Of a stretch of DNA of 32,000 nucleotides, positions 24,171-32,000 are shown in pieces. The first letter of the stretch is position 1. The number at the start of each line of letters is the position of its first letter. The DNA comes from Acaryochloris thomasi RCC1774 (GTDB taxonomy: Bacteria; Cyanobacteriota; Cyanobacteriia; Thermosynechococcales; Thermosynechococcaceae). Location of the stretch: the NCBI RefSeq assembly GCF_003231495.1, contig NZ_PQWO01000009.1:60001-92000 (forward strand), read 5' to 3'. A program made the translations under genes and the position numbers. A model generated the notes under the pieces. The model did not search any database. It saw only the letters and a list, made by a program, of their open reading frames with translations, and was not told the origin of the DNA.

Positions 24171-25454
24171 TTAGCCATGGTCAGGCAAGGTTGTCTCTAC
24201 TGTTCTCAGCCGCCTCACACTGTACCCACCGATCGCAATCAACATTCCGCAGATGGCAAAGATCGAAATCTGTAGTGCCATACCTGCGCCTAATCCAGTG
24301 CCGAAGATTGGTCCAAAGAGTTGGGCTAACGGTCCTCCTGGCTGCATGGCGGGTTCAAAAAATTGGTCGGCGAGGGGACCTGCGATCGCAAACCCTACAG
24401 GACTACTCAACTGTGTCAGCAAAAATCGCGTGGCAAACACCCGTCCCTGCACCTCTGGCTCCACCTTAGACATCCAAATCGCTTGGTTGGCGCTTTCTGG
24501 GAACGGAGAACAGAAGCCTGAAAATAAAGCCGTACCAATCTTCGTTGCATTTCGCTGAGCCAAAGCCAGAATCACAATACCTAGTTTCCATAGGGCGCTA
24601 GCAATCAAGACACTATGAATCCGACGTTTGGCACCACCCCAGATACTCATGGTTACCCCGCCCAAGAGACCACCCATCCCAAAAAAAGCCAGCAGCGTTC
24701 CCCAAACGACAGGATTGTTGTCACTTCGAGCTAAAACCATCGCAGGCAGAATGGCAAAAGTAGCGCTATCAATAAAACTATTGAGGATCAAAAAGCTGAG
24801 AAGGGCCATCAGACTGGGCCGTCGCCAGAGATATTTCAGTCCAAAAGTCAGCGATGTTCTAAATGAGTTTTTTTCCTTTGCTAGGGGGATTGCTTGAGAC
24901 TGGGGAATGCTAACCAGTGCTAAGCTGCATATTGCGATCGCAAAGGTAGAAATATCAATGCAGAGAATACCCGTCAGACCTGTTGCTGCATAGATGGCTC
25001 CTGCCAAAGCTGGGGCCAAAATATAGGTGCCTGACATTTGAACAGAGCCGAGAGCTGTAGCGCGAGCGTAGTGCTGTTTAGGGACAATCAGCGTCAGAGA
25101 GGCAGCGTAAGCCAGTCCTTGGATATAGCCAAATAAGCCGTTAATCGCGCCGGTTATGTAGAGGTGCCACACCTGCAGATTCTGGGTTAAAAACAGGAGC
25201 AGTAGAGCGATCGTAGAGAGTCCGGCGATCAGGTCGCCCAGCAGCATTAGATACTTGCGCGGGTAGCGATCGACCCAGATGCCTGCAAAGGGTGAAACCA
25301 GCAGTCTGGGGACTTGGGTAAACACCAGAATTAGAGAGAGAGGCGTGGCTTGTCCAGTGATTTCCCAAGCCCAAAGCGTGATGGCAAAGTTGGTTAGCTC
25401 GGAGCCAAGTAGGGAGGCAAATTGACCGAGCCAGATAATTAGAAAAGTTCGCAA
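24171..25454 (-). CDS. MFS transporter (EntS/MFS_3-like), paralogue of 17422-18738 (module 2)
   Basis: 427 aa. IWLGQFASLLGSELTNFAITLWAWEITGQATPLSLI...WVDRYPRKYLMLLGD. TTG start at a position equivalent to the GTG start of the paralogue, and no in-frame ATG upstream before the stop. Confidence 0.85.
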   Translation of the reverse strand: MRTFLIIWLGQFASLLGSELTNFAITLWAWEITGQATPLSLILVFTQVPRLLVSPFAGIWVDRYPRKYLMLLGDLIAGLSTIALLLLFLTQNLQVWHLYITGAINGLFGYIQGLAYAASLTLIVPKQHYARATALGSVQMSGTYILAPALAGAIYAATGLTGILCIDISTFAIAICSLALVSIPQSQAIPLAKEKNSFRTSLTFGLKYLWRRPSLMALLSFLILNSFIDSATFAILPAMVLARSDNNPVVWGTLLAFFGMGGLLGGVTMSIWGGAKRRIHSVLIASALWKLGIVILALAQRNATKIGTALFSGFCSPFPESANQAIWMSKVEPEVQGRVFATRFLLTQLSSPVGFAIAGPLADQFFEPAMQPGGPLAQLFGPIFGTGLGAGMALQISIFAICGMLIAIGGYSVRRLRTVETTLPDHG

Positions 25455-25601
25455 TAGTTTGGCTCCTGATCCGATGCTTTTGCATGCACTTAAGACAAGA
25501 TGCTCAACTAGCTTAAATGCAGAGACGGGGGTTTCCTTAGAGATTTTGAATCTAAAACGTATTTTTTTGCGCCCGAAACGCAGTTTTTGGATATCCGTTC
25601 T

Positions 25602-26672
25602 CTACAGAGGGGATAGCATTTGTTGTTTCAGTTCTTCTAAATAAAGTTCGGTGCCGATGGGGCCGGGTAAGCCTAAACAAAGGTAAGCGGGGATGAAGTA
25701 GACGCGTCCGGTTTTGCTGGCTTTGAGAGATTGTGCGATCGCATTTTTCTGCCACATCTGCTTCAAATCTGTGATTTGGCTAGCTTCAAATTCTGTTGTA
25801 CTGCCGGTTGCTTTAGGCGGACTGAAGTTGCTGCCCAACAAAACCATAGAGTCAGCCTCATCCAACTGCGTCAACCCTTCCAGAGAGATCTGCACTCGTG
25901 CATCTTCTTTTTTGTTGTCAAATTCTGGTGGGGAGATTAATTGAAAGCCCAGCTTGCTAACTAGGGAACGACAAAGACCGTGACCAGAATTACCTAAATT
26001 TATTTCTCTAAGATCAGAGGAACTGAGCAAGAGCAGTTTAGGGTGGGTTGCCACTAAAGAGGCAAAACGCTCACGGGCTGTTGTCACACGCCGTTCTGTC
26101 TCCGTTAAAAGTTGTTCTGCTTGCTCAGAACGATCAACGGCTTCAGCAATGGTCTGCAAACTCTCTTCCGTCTCTGACCACTCGAGCAGCACCGTTGGGG
26201 CGACTTTCGATAAAGTCTCATACTGGTCAGTATTACCATCAACCGTGCCTAAAATAAGATCTGGCTTCGCTTTGAGCAAGGCTTCAATAGAGGGCGTGTA
26301 AGCCTGTCCCACATTCATGAGGGGCTGAGTAATGTAGCGTCCTAAGTAGGGAATTTGCTGCTCGGGATTGTCATAGGCTCCCTGATGCACCGTGATGTGG
26401 TCAGCGAAACCGATAGGCTGCACCTTGAGAGCTAATAGAGGTTCTAAGACATAGGGCCCCAGCACTACGATTCGTTGAGGCTGTCCGCATATTTTAGTTT
26501 CGCCTAATTCATGCTGGACGACACGGCAATCTGCAGATGATGCAGCATTGCGGGGGGTATCCTGCTCTGGGGTAGGTTGGCAGGCTGAGATTGAATGTCC
26601 CAGCAAAACCACAAAGATGAGCCATTTCGTTACTGCCAAAACTTTCACAGACCATTCCTTTCTGAGGGACAA
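25602..26672 (-). CDS. FhuD-like iron-siderophore ABC substrate-binding lipoprotein (module 2)
   Basis: Leader MSLRKEWSVKVLAVTKWLIFVVLLGHSISAC with a lipobox. Pattern RIVVLGPYVLEPLLALKVQPIGF...KPDLILG...TGRVYFIP. The start lies 6 nt after the receptor stop. Confidence 0.85.
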   Translation of the reverse strand: MSLRKEWSVKVLAVTKWLIFVVLLGHSISACQPTPEQDTPRNAASSADCRVVQHELGETKICGQPQRIVVLGPYVLEPLLALKVQPIGFADHITVHQGAYDNPEQQIPYLGRYITQPLMNVGQAYTPSIEALLKAKPDLILGTVDGNTDQYETLSKVAPTVLLEWSETEESLQTIAEAVDRSEQAEQLLTETERRVTTARERFASLVATHPKLLLLSSSDLREINLGNSGHGLCRSLVSKLGFQLISPPEFDNKKEDARVQISLEGLTQLDEADSMVLLGSNFSPPKATGSTTEFEASQITDLKQMWQKNAIAQSLKASKTGRVYFIPAYLCLGLPGPIGTELYLEELKQQMLSPL

Positions 26673-26678
26673 CTCACT

Positions 26679-29240
26679 TTAAAAATTGACTGTGACTGAA
26701 CCAATGACCGTAAACGGTTCACCGACTTCTGAACCAAATGTACGACTGTTGTTGCTGCCGACAATGTAATCAACGTCAAAAATGTTTTTAAAGTTGAGGG
26801 CCAGTCGCCAGTTATCACGGCGATAAAACATCGCTGCATTGGCTAGGAAGTAGCTGTCTAGCTCGAAACTATTGGCGAGGTCACCTTCTCGTTCTCCTAA
26901 AAAGTTGAATCCAAGCCCAAACCCTAAGCCCTGTAGATCGCCCGATTGAATCTCATAGGTGCTCCACACACTGCCGCTGTGCTCAGGGATATTGACGAGG
27001 CGATTGCCTTCAGGAATCGTATTATCTGCAGAGACTTCTGCGTCAGTGTAGGCGTAGGAGGCGATCACGTTCCAGCCCGGTAGAATCTCACCTGTAACAT
27101 CAAGCTCGACACCTCGACTGTTTTGGGCACCCGTGGCAACGGATGAAAAGGGATCGAGGGGATCGGGGGTCGCCACATTTCTGCGGCTGATGTCGAAATA
27201 ACTCAAGGTGGCAAAGAGCCGTTCATTCAAAAGAGCCGCCTTTACACCCACCTCAAACCCTTCGCCCCGCTCTGGAGGGAGTAGCTCACCGCTGCTGGTG
27301 GTCTCCGTGTTGGGCGTGAAGGACTGGGAATAGCTGGCAAATAAGGACAGAAATTCGAGGGGCTGGTAAACGATGCCAAAACGCGGGGTCACAGCATCAT
27401 CATTTTGGTCCGCTTCAGAGCCAACGGGATCAGAAGCAGTCGGCCCATTCGTGATGTTCTGATCGACGGTGTCATAACGAACACCAGCGACCAAGATTAG
27501 GTTGTCCAATACCTTGATTTGATCCTGGAGAAAAAGGCCTAAGCGATTGGTTTGTACCTTTTCATTGAAGGAAATCGGTAGGCTGCCACTATCAATCGGT
27601 GCGAGACCAAAGACCGGGTTGAAAATGTCTAAGAAAGAGGGTGAGGCGAAGTCAAAGCGAGAAAGATTTTGCTCATCGGTTCGATTCAAATCAACTCCCA
27701 CCAATAGCTTATGGTCAATGGGACCAGTGGCAAACGCTCCGACCACGCTGGTTTGGAGAGAAAAATTGGTTGCGTCGATGTCTGCGCTTCCAGGGAACCG
27801 CATGACGAGACCTGTGGCTTCATCGAACGCGAGAGGCAGCACGGCCGTATTCAATAGATCTCGTCTTGAATATTCAAAAGCATTCCGTATCTCCCACCGA
27901 TCGTTAAACTGATGCTCAAAACTATAGCCCACCCGAAACAGGGTGCTGTTTACGAAGTTTTCGGGTTCAACAATGATGCTGCTAAAGGGAACATCGGCTA
28001 CGCCATTGCCGATGGCCGGCAAGCCAATATCAAAGGGTTGTGAATCAGTCGCATACTCAGCTTTTAGGGTGAGATTGGTGCGATCGCTAATTCGCCAGGA
28101 TAAGACAGGGGCAACGAGGAAGCGTTCAATGTCTACATCAGAGTCTATGAAGTCACTGTCGCGAGAGTAAGACACGTTGAGCCGATACAGTAAATCTTTT
28201 TTTGGGGTCAAGGGGCCGGTTAGATCGATTTGAGGCTGCACGAAGCCTCGGTTGCCCAACTCCAGACCGATCTCATAGGCCGGTTGATCCAGCGGCTGCT
28301 CCGTGACGATATTGATGATGCCTCCTGGCTGTAGCTCTCCATACAAAATGGAGGCCGGTCCCTTAAGCACTTCAACTCGTTCTACATTCCCAAGGGCTGG
28401 GTTGGCCCCTGTGAAGCCGCCAAATTCTCTGAATCCATCTCGCAGAGTGGGAGCATCAAACCCCCGAACGTTGAAGTCTATGCTGACCCCGCCAAAGGTA
28501 TCCCCAAAAGTGACACCACTCACGTTCCTGAGCGCTTCATCAATACGGGTGACCTGCTGATCTTCTAAGACCTGCTTCGGCACGACTTGAATGGATGTCG
28601 GTGTATCCAAAATAGGCGTATCGGTGCGCGTTGTAGGACTTACCTCCGGGACCGCGTAGCCCTCTGGGCCTCTCTCTGCAGTCACCGTGAGTTCTAATTC
28701 TTCCTCTTCTGAAGCAACTGGTGAAACTGCATCCACCGCAAACACCAATCCCGATATTTCACTCTGAATCGTGACTGTTGGGGGGCCTTCTATCCCCACA
28801 ATCTCAACCTGTACCTGATCTCCTGACAGAGGTATGACGCTAACCTGAGAGATACCTTCGACGGGATTATCTTGCTGATATTCTGGACCGCCCGGCAAAG
28901 CCAGCACTGCGTTGGGAATAATGGCCGTAAGTCGGTTCCCCTCAGTTGTAGCGGCGGGAATCGCTAGGTCATCCGCTGTAGTTTCTAGAACAATTGAGAG
29001 CCCCTGCTCCGTCGGGTTAATCTGTATGCCCGTCACCTGAATTTGCGTTGCTTCGATCTGGGCCAGCCATTCAGTGACGCTAGCGGCGGGCTGACGGTCT
29101 TCCGGCTCCAAAATTTCTAAAAGTTCAGCCAATTCGTCAGTTGTCGCAGGCTTCTCGGTGGCCAAAACCGATTGGGTTGCTCCCAAACCTGCCAGCGCGA
29201 TTGCCCACAGCGGCAAAAACTTGCCAAACCTTTGTTTCAT
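26679..29240 (-). CDS. TonB-dependent siderophore receptor with an N-terminal AMIN-like extension (module 2)
   Basis: Signal peptide MKQRFGKFLPLWAIALAGLGATQSVLA, an extension of about 120 aa, the TonB-box-like ELELTVTAE, the plug motif TDTPILDTPTSIQVVPKQV, and a barrel ending ...GSVTVNF. Confidence 0.9.
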   Translation of the reverse strand: MKQRFGKFLPLWAIALAGLGATQSVLATEKPATTDELAELLEILEPEDRQPAASVTEWLAQIEATQIQVTGIQINPTEQGLSIVLETTADDLAIPAATTEGNRLTAIIPNAVLALPGGPEYQQDNPVEGISQVSVIPLSGDQVQVEIVGIEGPPTVTIQSEISGLVFAVDAVSPVASEEEELELTVTAERGPEGYAVPEVSPTTRTDTPILDTPTSIQVVPKQVLEDQQVTRIDEALRNVSGVTFGDTFGGVSIDFNVRGFDAPTLRDGFREFGGFTGANPALGNVERVEVLKGPASILYGELQPGGIINIVTEQPLDQPAYEIGLELGNRGFVQPQIDLTGPLTPKKDLLYRLNVSYSRDSDFIDSDVDIERFLVAPVLSWRISDRTNLTLKAEYATDSQPFDIGLPAIGNGVADVPFSSIIVEPENFVNSTLFRVGYSFEHQFNDRWEIRNAFEYSRRDLLNTAVLPLAFDEATGLVMRFPGSADIDATNFSLQTSVVGAFATGPIDHKLLVGVDLNRTDEQNLSRFDFASPSFLDIFNPVFGLAPIDSGSLPISFNEKVQTNRLGLFLQDQIKVLDNLILVAGVRYDTVDQNITNGPTASDPVGSEADQNDDAVTPRFGIVYQPLEFLSLFASYSQSFTPNTETTSSGELLPPERGEGFEVGVKAALLNERLFATLSYFDISRRNVATPDPLDPFSSVATGAQNSRGVELDVTGEILPGWNVIASYAYTDAEVSADNTIPEGNRLVNIPEHSGSVWSTYEIQSGDLQGLGFGLGFNFLGEREGDLANSFELDSYFLANAAMFYRRDNWRLALNFKNIFDVDYIVGSNNSRTFGSEVGEPFTVIGSVTVNF

Positions 29241-29284
29241 TGCGTCTCACCCACACCACTTACAGCAGCTAGATTAAAACCTAG

Positions 29285-29302
29285 CTAATGAAAATTATTC
29301 TT
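29285..29302. promoter_or_regulatory. Fur-box-like sequence CTAATGAAAATTATTCTT proximal to receptor gene 2
   Basis: 13 of 18 positions match positions 2-19 of the classical Fur consensus GATAATGATAATCATTATC (hand alignment). It lies 45-62 nt upstream of the ATG at 29240, between the tandem repeat and the start codon. Confidence 0.35.
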
Positions 29303-29343
29303 ACTTGGTCAGTGAGAGCATCGTAGCGGGTGGTTGAGAGCAA

Positions 29344-29382
29344 AATCTTTGCGAAACCGACTTTTTTCTTCGCGAAACGGAC
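29344..29382 (-). promoter_or_regulatory. Tandem direct repeat on the minus strand (GTCCGTTTCGCGAAGAAA and GTCGGTTTCGCAAAGATT, 21-bp period); candidate AraC operator of receptor gene 2
   Basis: The plus-strand copies TCTTTGCGAAACCGAC (29346-29361) and TCTTCGCGAAACGGAC (29367-29382) are 14 of 16 identical. The repeat shares the core GTCCGTTT-N5-AGAAA with 12562-12605. It lies 104-142 nt upstream of the receptor ATG. Confidence 0.5.
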
Positions 29383-29511
29383 AAAGCGTTGCGACAGTCG
29401 AAGACCGACCTATATCTTTCTGACAGGCTAAGTCCTTCGGACGATCTAAAGGTACGCCAACGGCCATCGCATCAGGTCATTGGGCAACCTTGTATAAAAC
29501 TTGTACCTGGT

Positions 29512-29952
29512 TCATTCCTGCGTTGCGAGCCAATTATGTATATCGTTCAAATGATTGAAATCTAACAGAGCTTCTCCTAATGCCGTCAGTTGTGCAGACG
29601 ATAAGGTGGAGATGCGATCGCACATTGATTCATCTAATGTGCCCATTTTTTTTGTAAGCAGGTGCAGGATCAGCGATCGTTCCCCCTCTTCCTTGGCTTC
29701 CTGAATAGCACGTGGCTCCTGCGTCAAGTCAAGTCCTAACATGGCTCTAATCTCCGACCGGCTTAAACTAGCAAACTTATATACCATTATAGAGGTCACG
29801 ATATCGATCAAGTTTGCGCGTTCTGTCGTTGTGAACGCCTCTTGCTCAGTGTGCTCTAGCAACCATCTCGCAGCGGCTGGCGCTTCATCTTTTTCAAGGA
29901 TCGTCAACACCGTAGCAGCAACAGGAAGAGGCAGCGATATTACATCACCCAA
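29512..29952 (-). pseudogene. N-terminally truncated Rpn-like paralogue retaining only the C-terminal (DUF4351-type) half; remnant or stand-alone small protein
   Basis: The product aligns to residues about 135-281 of 16448-17293, for example IDIVTSIMVYK, AMLGLDLT.EPRAI.EAK and EALLDF..L.D...WL. It has a TTG start and similarity fades within about 11 codons upstream, at a TGA at 29986-29988. Only 79 nt separate it from the araC stop, so the nuclease domain is absent. Confidence 0.55.
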
Positions 29953-30031
29953 TGGTAAAAAATTAGGTCGCGCCGCATCCAGTTTTCACGTCATAAACTG
30001 GAGCGAGTGTACTGCAAAATGACGCCTCTCC

Positions 30032-31045
30032 CTAGGCTCGCTGACCCAGTTGATATGCCTTTGGGCTAACCGCAAACTGTCGTCGGAAGGCAGTGCTAAA
30101 CGCTTCTGGGCTTCGATAGCCTACTGTGGCCGCAACCTTGGCAATAGTGAGTTCAGAGTTGTGCAGTAGTGATTGGGCCTGCTGCATTCGATGCTGTTGC
30201 AGATAGCCAAACACCGTGGTGCCAAACAGTTGCCGGAAACCCTGATTGAGCTTGCGATCGTTGAGACCCACCTGACGAGCCAGATCGATCAAAGTGGGGG
30301 GCTGTTTTGCTCGCTGGATCAAGATCTCCTTTGCCTGATGGAGCTGTTCAACATCCTGACTACACAAAAACATCGGAGTTGCATAAGGTTGTTCGTCTTG
30401 CCAGACGGAAAATTGGGTAGTGAGTAATTCCAACGCCTTACTTTCTAAGTAGAGCTGCTGCATTAACCCTGTATAGGGACAGTGTAGGATTTGCCGAATC
30501 TGTTGCTGTATAGATCGAGAGATTTGTCCCAGTGATTGATGAAATCGCTGAGTTCTGTCCCCCTCTAGTAGATGTTGTAAGGGTGCGGGCAGTCCTTTTA
30601 TTCCCAGGTTGAAGGTACCAAAGTAGCTTGGATCTACGACAATCATGAGCACATGGATGGACTGATCGGCGGGCCATTCTTCAATTTCTGTGTGGCTGGG
30701 GAGATGATAGAGGTAGTGGCAGTCCGAGACTTCCCGATAGTCACGACTGATATCTAGGGCATCCGGCGTTTGCACTCGAGATGTCCCTGACAAATAGAAC
30801 TTAGCGACCAACGGGAAATTAGATTCATGTTCGATAACGTGGCGAATCGTCTGCCTGAGTCTACCCTGACGGATATATATTTCAAGTCCCTGACGGAGCT
30901 GGAGGATGCGATCTCCGCCTTGCCCTAGCTGTTCCGGCAAATTGTGCTGAAAACCAGAATCTATGGGCTGATGAACTTGTTCACCCCGATGCTTGGCTTG
31001 TTCATACAAATCCTGAAAATCGGCATTGGTCAGCGTGATCGCCAT
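30032..31045 (-). CDS. AraC/XylS-family transcriptional regulator, PchR-like by context (module 2)
   Basis: C-terminal double HTH PPTLIDLARQVGLNDRKLNQGFRQLFGTTVFGYLQQHRMQQAQSLL...VGYRSPEAFSTAFRRQFAVSPKAY. Shares QILHCPY.GL and ESK.LEL with the module-1 regulator. Confidence 0.9.
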   Translation of the reverse strand: MAITLTNADFQDLYEQAKHRGEQVHQPIDSGFQHNLPEQLGQGGDRILQLRQGLEIYIRQGRLRQTIRHVIEHESNFPLVAKFYLSGTSRVQTPDALDISRDYREVSDCHYLYHLPSHTEIEEWPADQSIHVLMIVVDPSYFGTFNLGIKGLPAPLQHLLEGDRTQRFHQSLGQISRSIQQQIRQILHCPYTGLMQQLYLESKALELLTTQFSVWQDEQPYATPMFLCSQDVEQLHQAKEILIQRAKQPPTLIDLARQVGLNDRKLNQGFRQLFGTTVFGYLQQHRMQQAQSLLHNSELTIAKVAATVGYRSPEAFSTAFRRQFAVSPKAYQLGQRA

Positions 31046-31157
31046 ATGTGCTGAAGGTTCAATTGCGATAGGTGAGAGTATTTCTCATTAATGGCAGTTT
31101 AACAGAAGCCCCTAGCTTGGAGCGATAGAATAGAGGCAACATTGGGGACTCTCGATT

Positions 31158-31868
31158 ATGACACCCTTAACTCGGCAACAGACTCTGGGCGAACAAGCGC
31201 AGATTCTGCCGTTGGAGAACGGAGATCACCTAACGCGGCCAGAATTCGAGCGTCGCTACCATGCGATGCCTCACAAAAAAAAAGCCGAACTGATCGAAGG
31301 AGTTGTCTACTTGCCCTCACCGCTTAGATTTAAAGTCCATGCTAGACCTCACGGTCATTTAATGACGTGGCTGGGGGTTTACGAAGCATCGACACCTCAT
31401 GTAGAGGTGGGGGACAATGCCACCGTCCGCTTAGATCTAGACAACGAACCTCAACCCGATGCGGTCCTGCTTATCGATACACCCGCTGGGGGAAACTGCC
31501 AACTCAGTACAGATGGCTATTTAGAGGGCGCTCCAGAATTAGTCGCGGAAGTCGCGGCGAGTACTGCGGCCTATGATTCATATGATAAAAAAGCAGCCTA
31601 TCGACGCAATGGGGTGCAGGAATATATTGTCTGGCAGGTATTAGATCAGAAGCTAGATTGGTTTAGCCTGCAGAATGGGGAATACGTTCCTCTACTAGCT
31701 GATGAGAAGGGCGTGATTCGCTCTCAAGTGTTTTCAGGATTGTGGCTGGCAGTACCTGATTTGCTGGCAGGAGAAATGGCAAAGGTTTTGGTGGTCTTAC
31801 AGCAAGGATTAAATGATTCTGAACATGGAACGTTTGTTGATTCCCTGTCGGGATATATTCAGGACTAA
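31158..31868 (+). CDS. Uma2-family (DUF820) restriction-endonuclease-fold protein
   Basis: LENGDHLTRPEFERRYHAMP at the N-terminus, then PQPDAVLL, and APELVAEVAASTAAYDSYDKKAAYRRNGVQEYIVW. This is the typical Uma2 PD-(D/E)XK-like core. Confidence 0.85.
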   Translation: MTPLTRQQTLGEQAQILPLENGDHLTRPEFERRYHAMPHKKKAELIEGVVYLPSPLRFKVHARPHGHLMTWLGVYEASTPHVEVGDNATVRLDLDNEPQPDAVLLIDTPAGGNCQLSTDGYLEGAPELVAEVAASTAAYDSYDKKAAYRRNGVQEYIVWQVLDQKLDWFSLQNGEYVPLLADEKGVIRSQVFSGLWLAVPDLLAGEMAKVLVVLQQGLNDSEHGTFVDSLSGYIQD

Positions 31869-31896
31869 AAATGAGTTGAGCCATAGTTTTAAAAAC

Positions 31897-32000
31897 TCAG
31901 CGTGAAAGTTGTTGGCGTAGGTCACTCAGAAAAAGGTCAGTACCCAGCGGACCCAACAGAGCATGACAGAGATAGACGGTGGTGAAGTAGACTTTCCCTT
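31897..32000 (-). CDS. Possible 3' end of a minus-strand gene entering from beyond the window (34 codons, unidentified)
   Basis: My translation is GKVYFTTVYLCHALLGPLGTDLFLSDLRQQLSR followed by a TGA at 31899-31897. It is too short to assign or to be sure it is coding. Confidence 0.2.
   Translation of the reverse strand, partial: GKVYFTTVYLCHALLGPLGTDLFLSDLRQQLSR

Noticed and set aside
23918-24469. 183-aa plus-strand ORF spanning the ferredoxin gene and the 3' end of MFS-2
   Set aside because: It is out of frame with the unmistakable ferredoxin ([11 protein letters not shown] motif) and antisense to the MFS gene. Its composition is Arg/Gln-rich.
1-32000. CRISPR arrays, tRNA and rRNA genes
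   Set aside because: I scanned the intergenic stretches by eye (2061-2242, 4091-4720, 5836-6007, 6913-7047, 8378-8584, 11329-11554, 21586-21809, 22338-22956, 29241-29511 and 31046-31157). I saw no regularly spaced repeat-spacer pattern and no cloverleaf-like or rRNA-like sequence. A tRNAscan or Infernal run would be needed to be definitive.

Overview
This is a 32-kb chromosomal segment that is almost certainly cyanobacterial. The HIP1 octamer GCGATCGC occurs 19 times against roughly 0.5 expected, there is an NtcA-type GTA-N8-TAC site, and several families typical of cyanobacteria are present (Asr1405/Asl0597-like, Uma2, DUF2887/DUF4351-type Rpn-like). All family calls come from motif recognition in the supplied translations; no database search was possible. 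Layout: (i) 1-4.4 kb holds ordinary genes: a partial MetX-like hydrolase, a membrane desaturase divergent from a GntR/HutC regulator, and an ammonium transporter tightly coupled to a small membrane protein. (ii) 4.7-6.9 kb is a decay zone with a dioxygenase-like fragment, a family-3 solute-binding gene that has no signal peptide and an in-frame TAA, and an IS5-family element with a frameshifted transposase. (iii) 7-31 kb is an iron-acquisition island. It contains a minus-strand operon of FecCD permease, FecCD permease, GDT1/UPF0016 transporter, Dps-like ferritin and ABC ATPase. It also contains two diverged paralogous modules (AraC regulator, TonB-dependent receptor, FhuD-like lipoprotein, MFS) in mirror orientation around a 5.4-kb core. 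The core carries a leaderless FhuD-like protein, a methyltransferase interrupted by one in-frame TGA, two small unknown proteins, Dps, a YwiC-like membrane protein and a 2Fe-2S ferredoxin. Both receptor promoters carry the same tandem direct-repeat motif (GTCCGTTT-N5-AGAAA, twice) followed by a Fur-like AT-rich site. Rpn-like nuclease genes (one full, one C-terminal half only) sit at different module junctions. A Uma2 endonuclease gene ends the window. I saw no rRNA, tRNA or CRISPR array.
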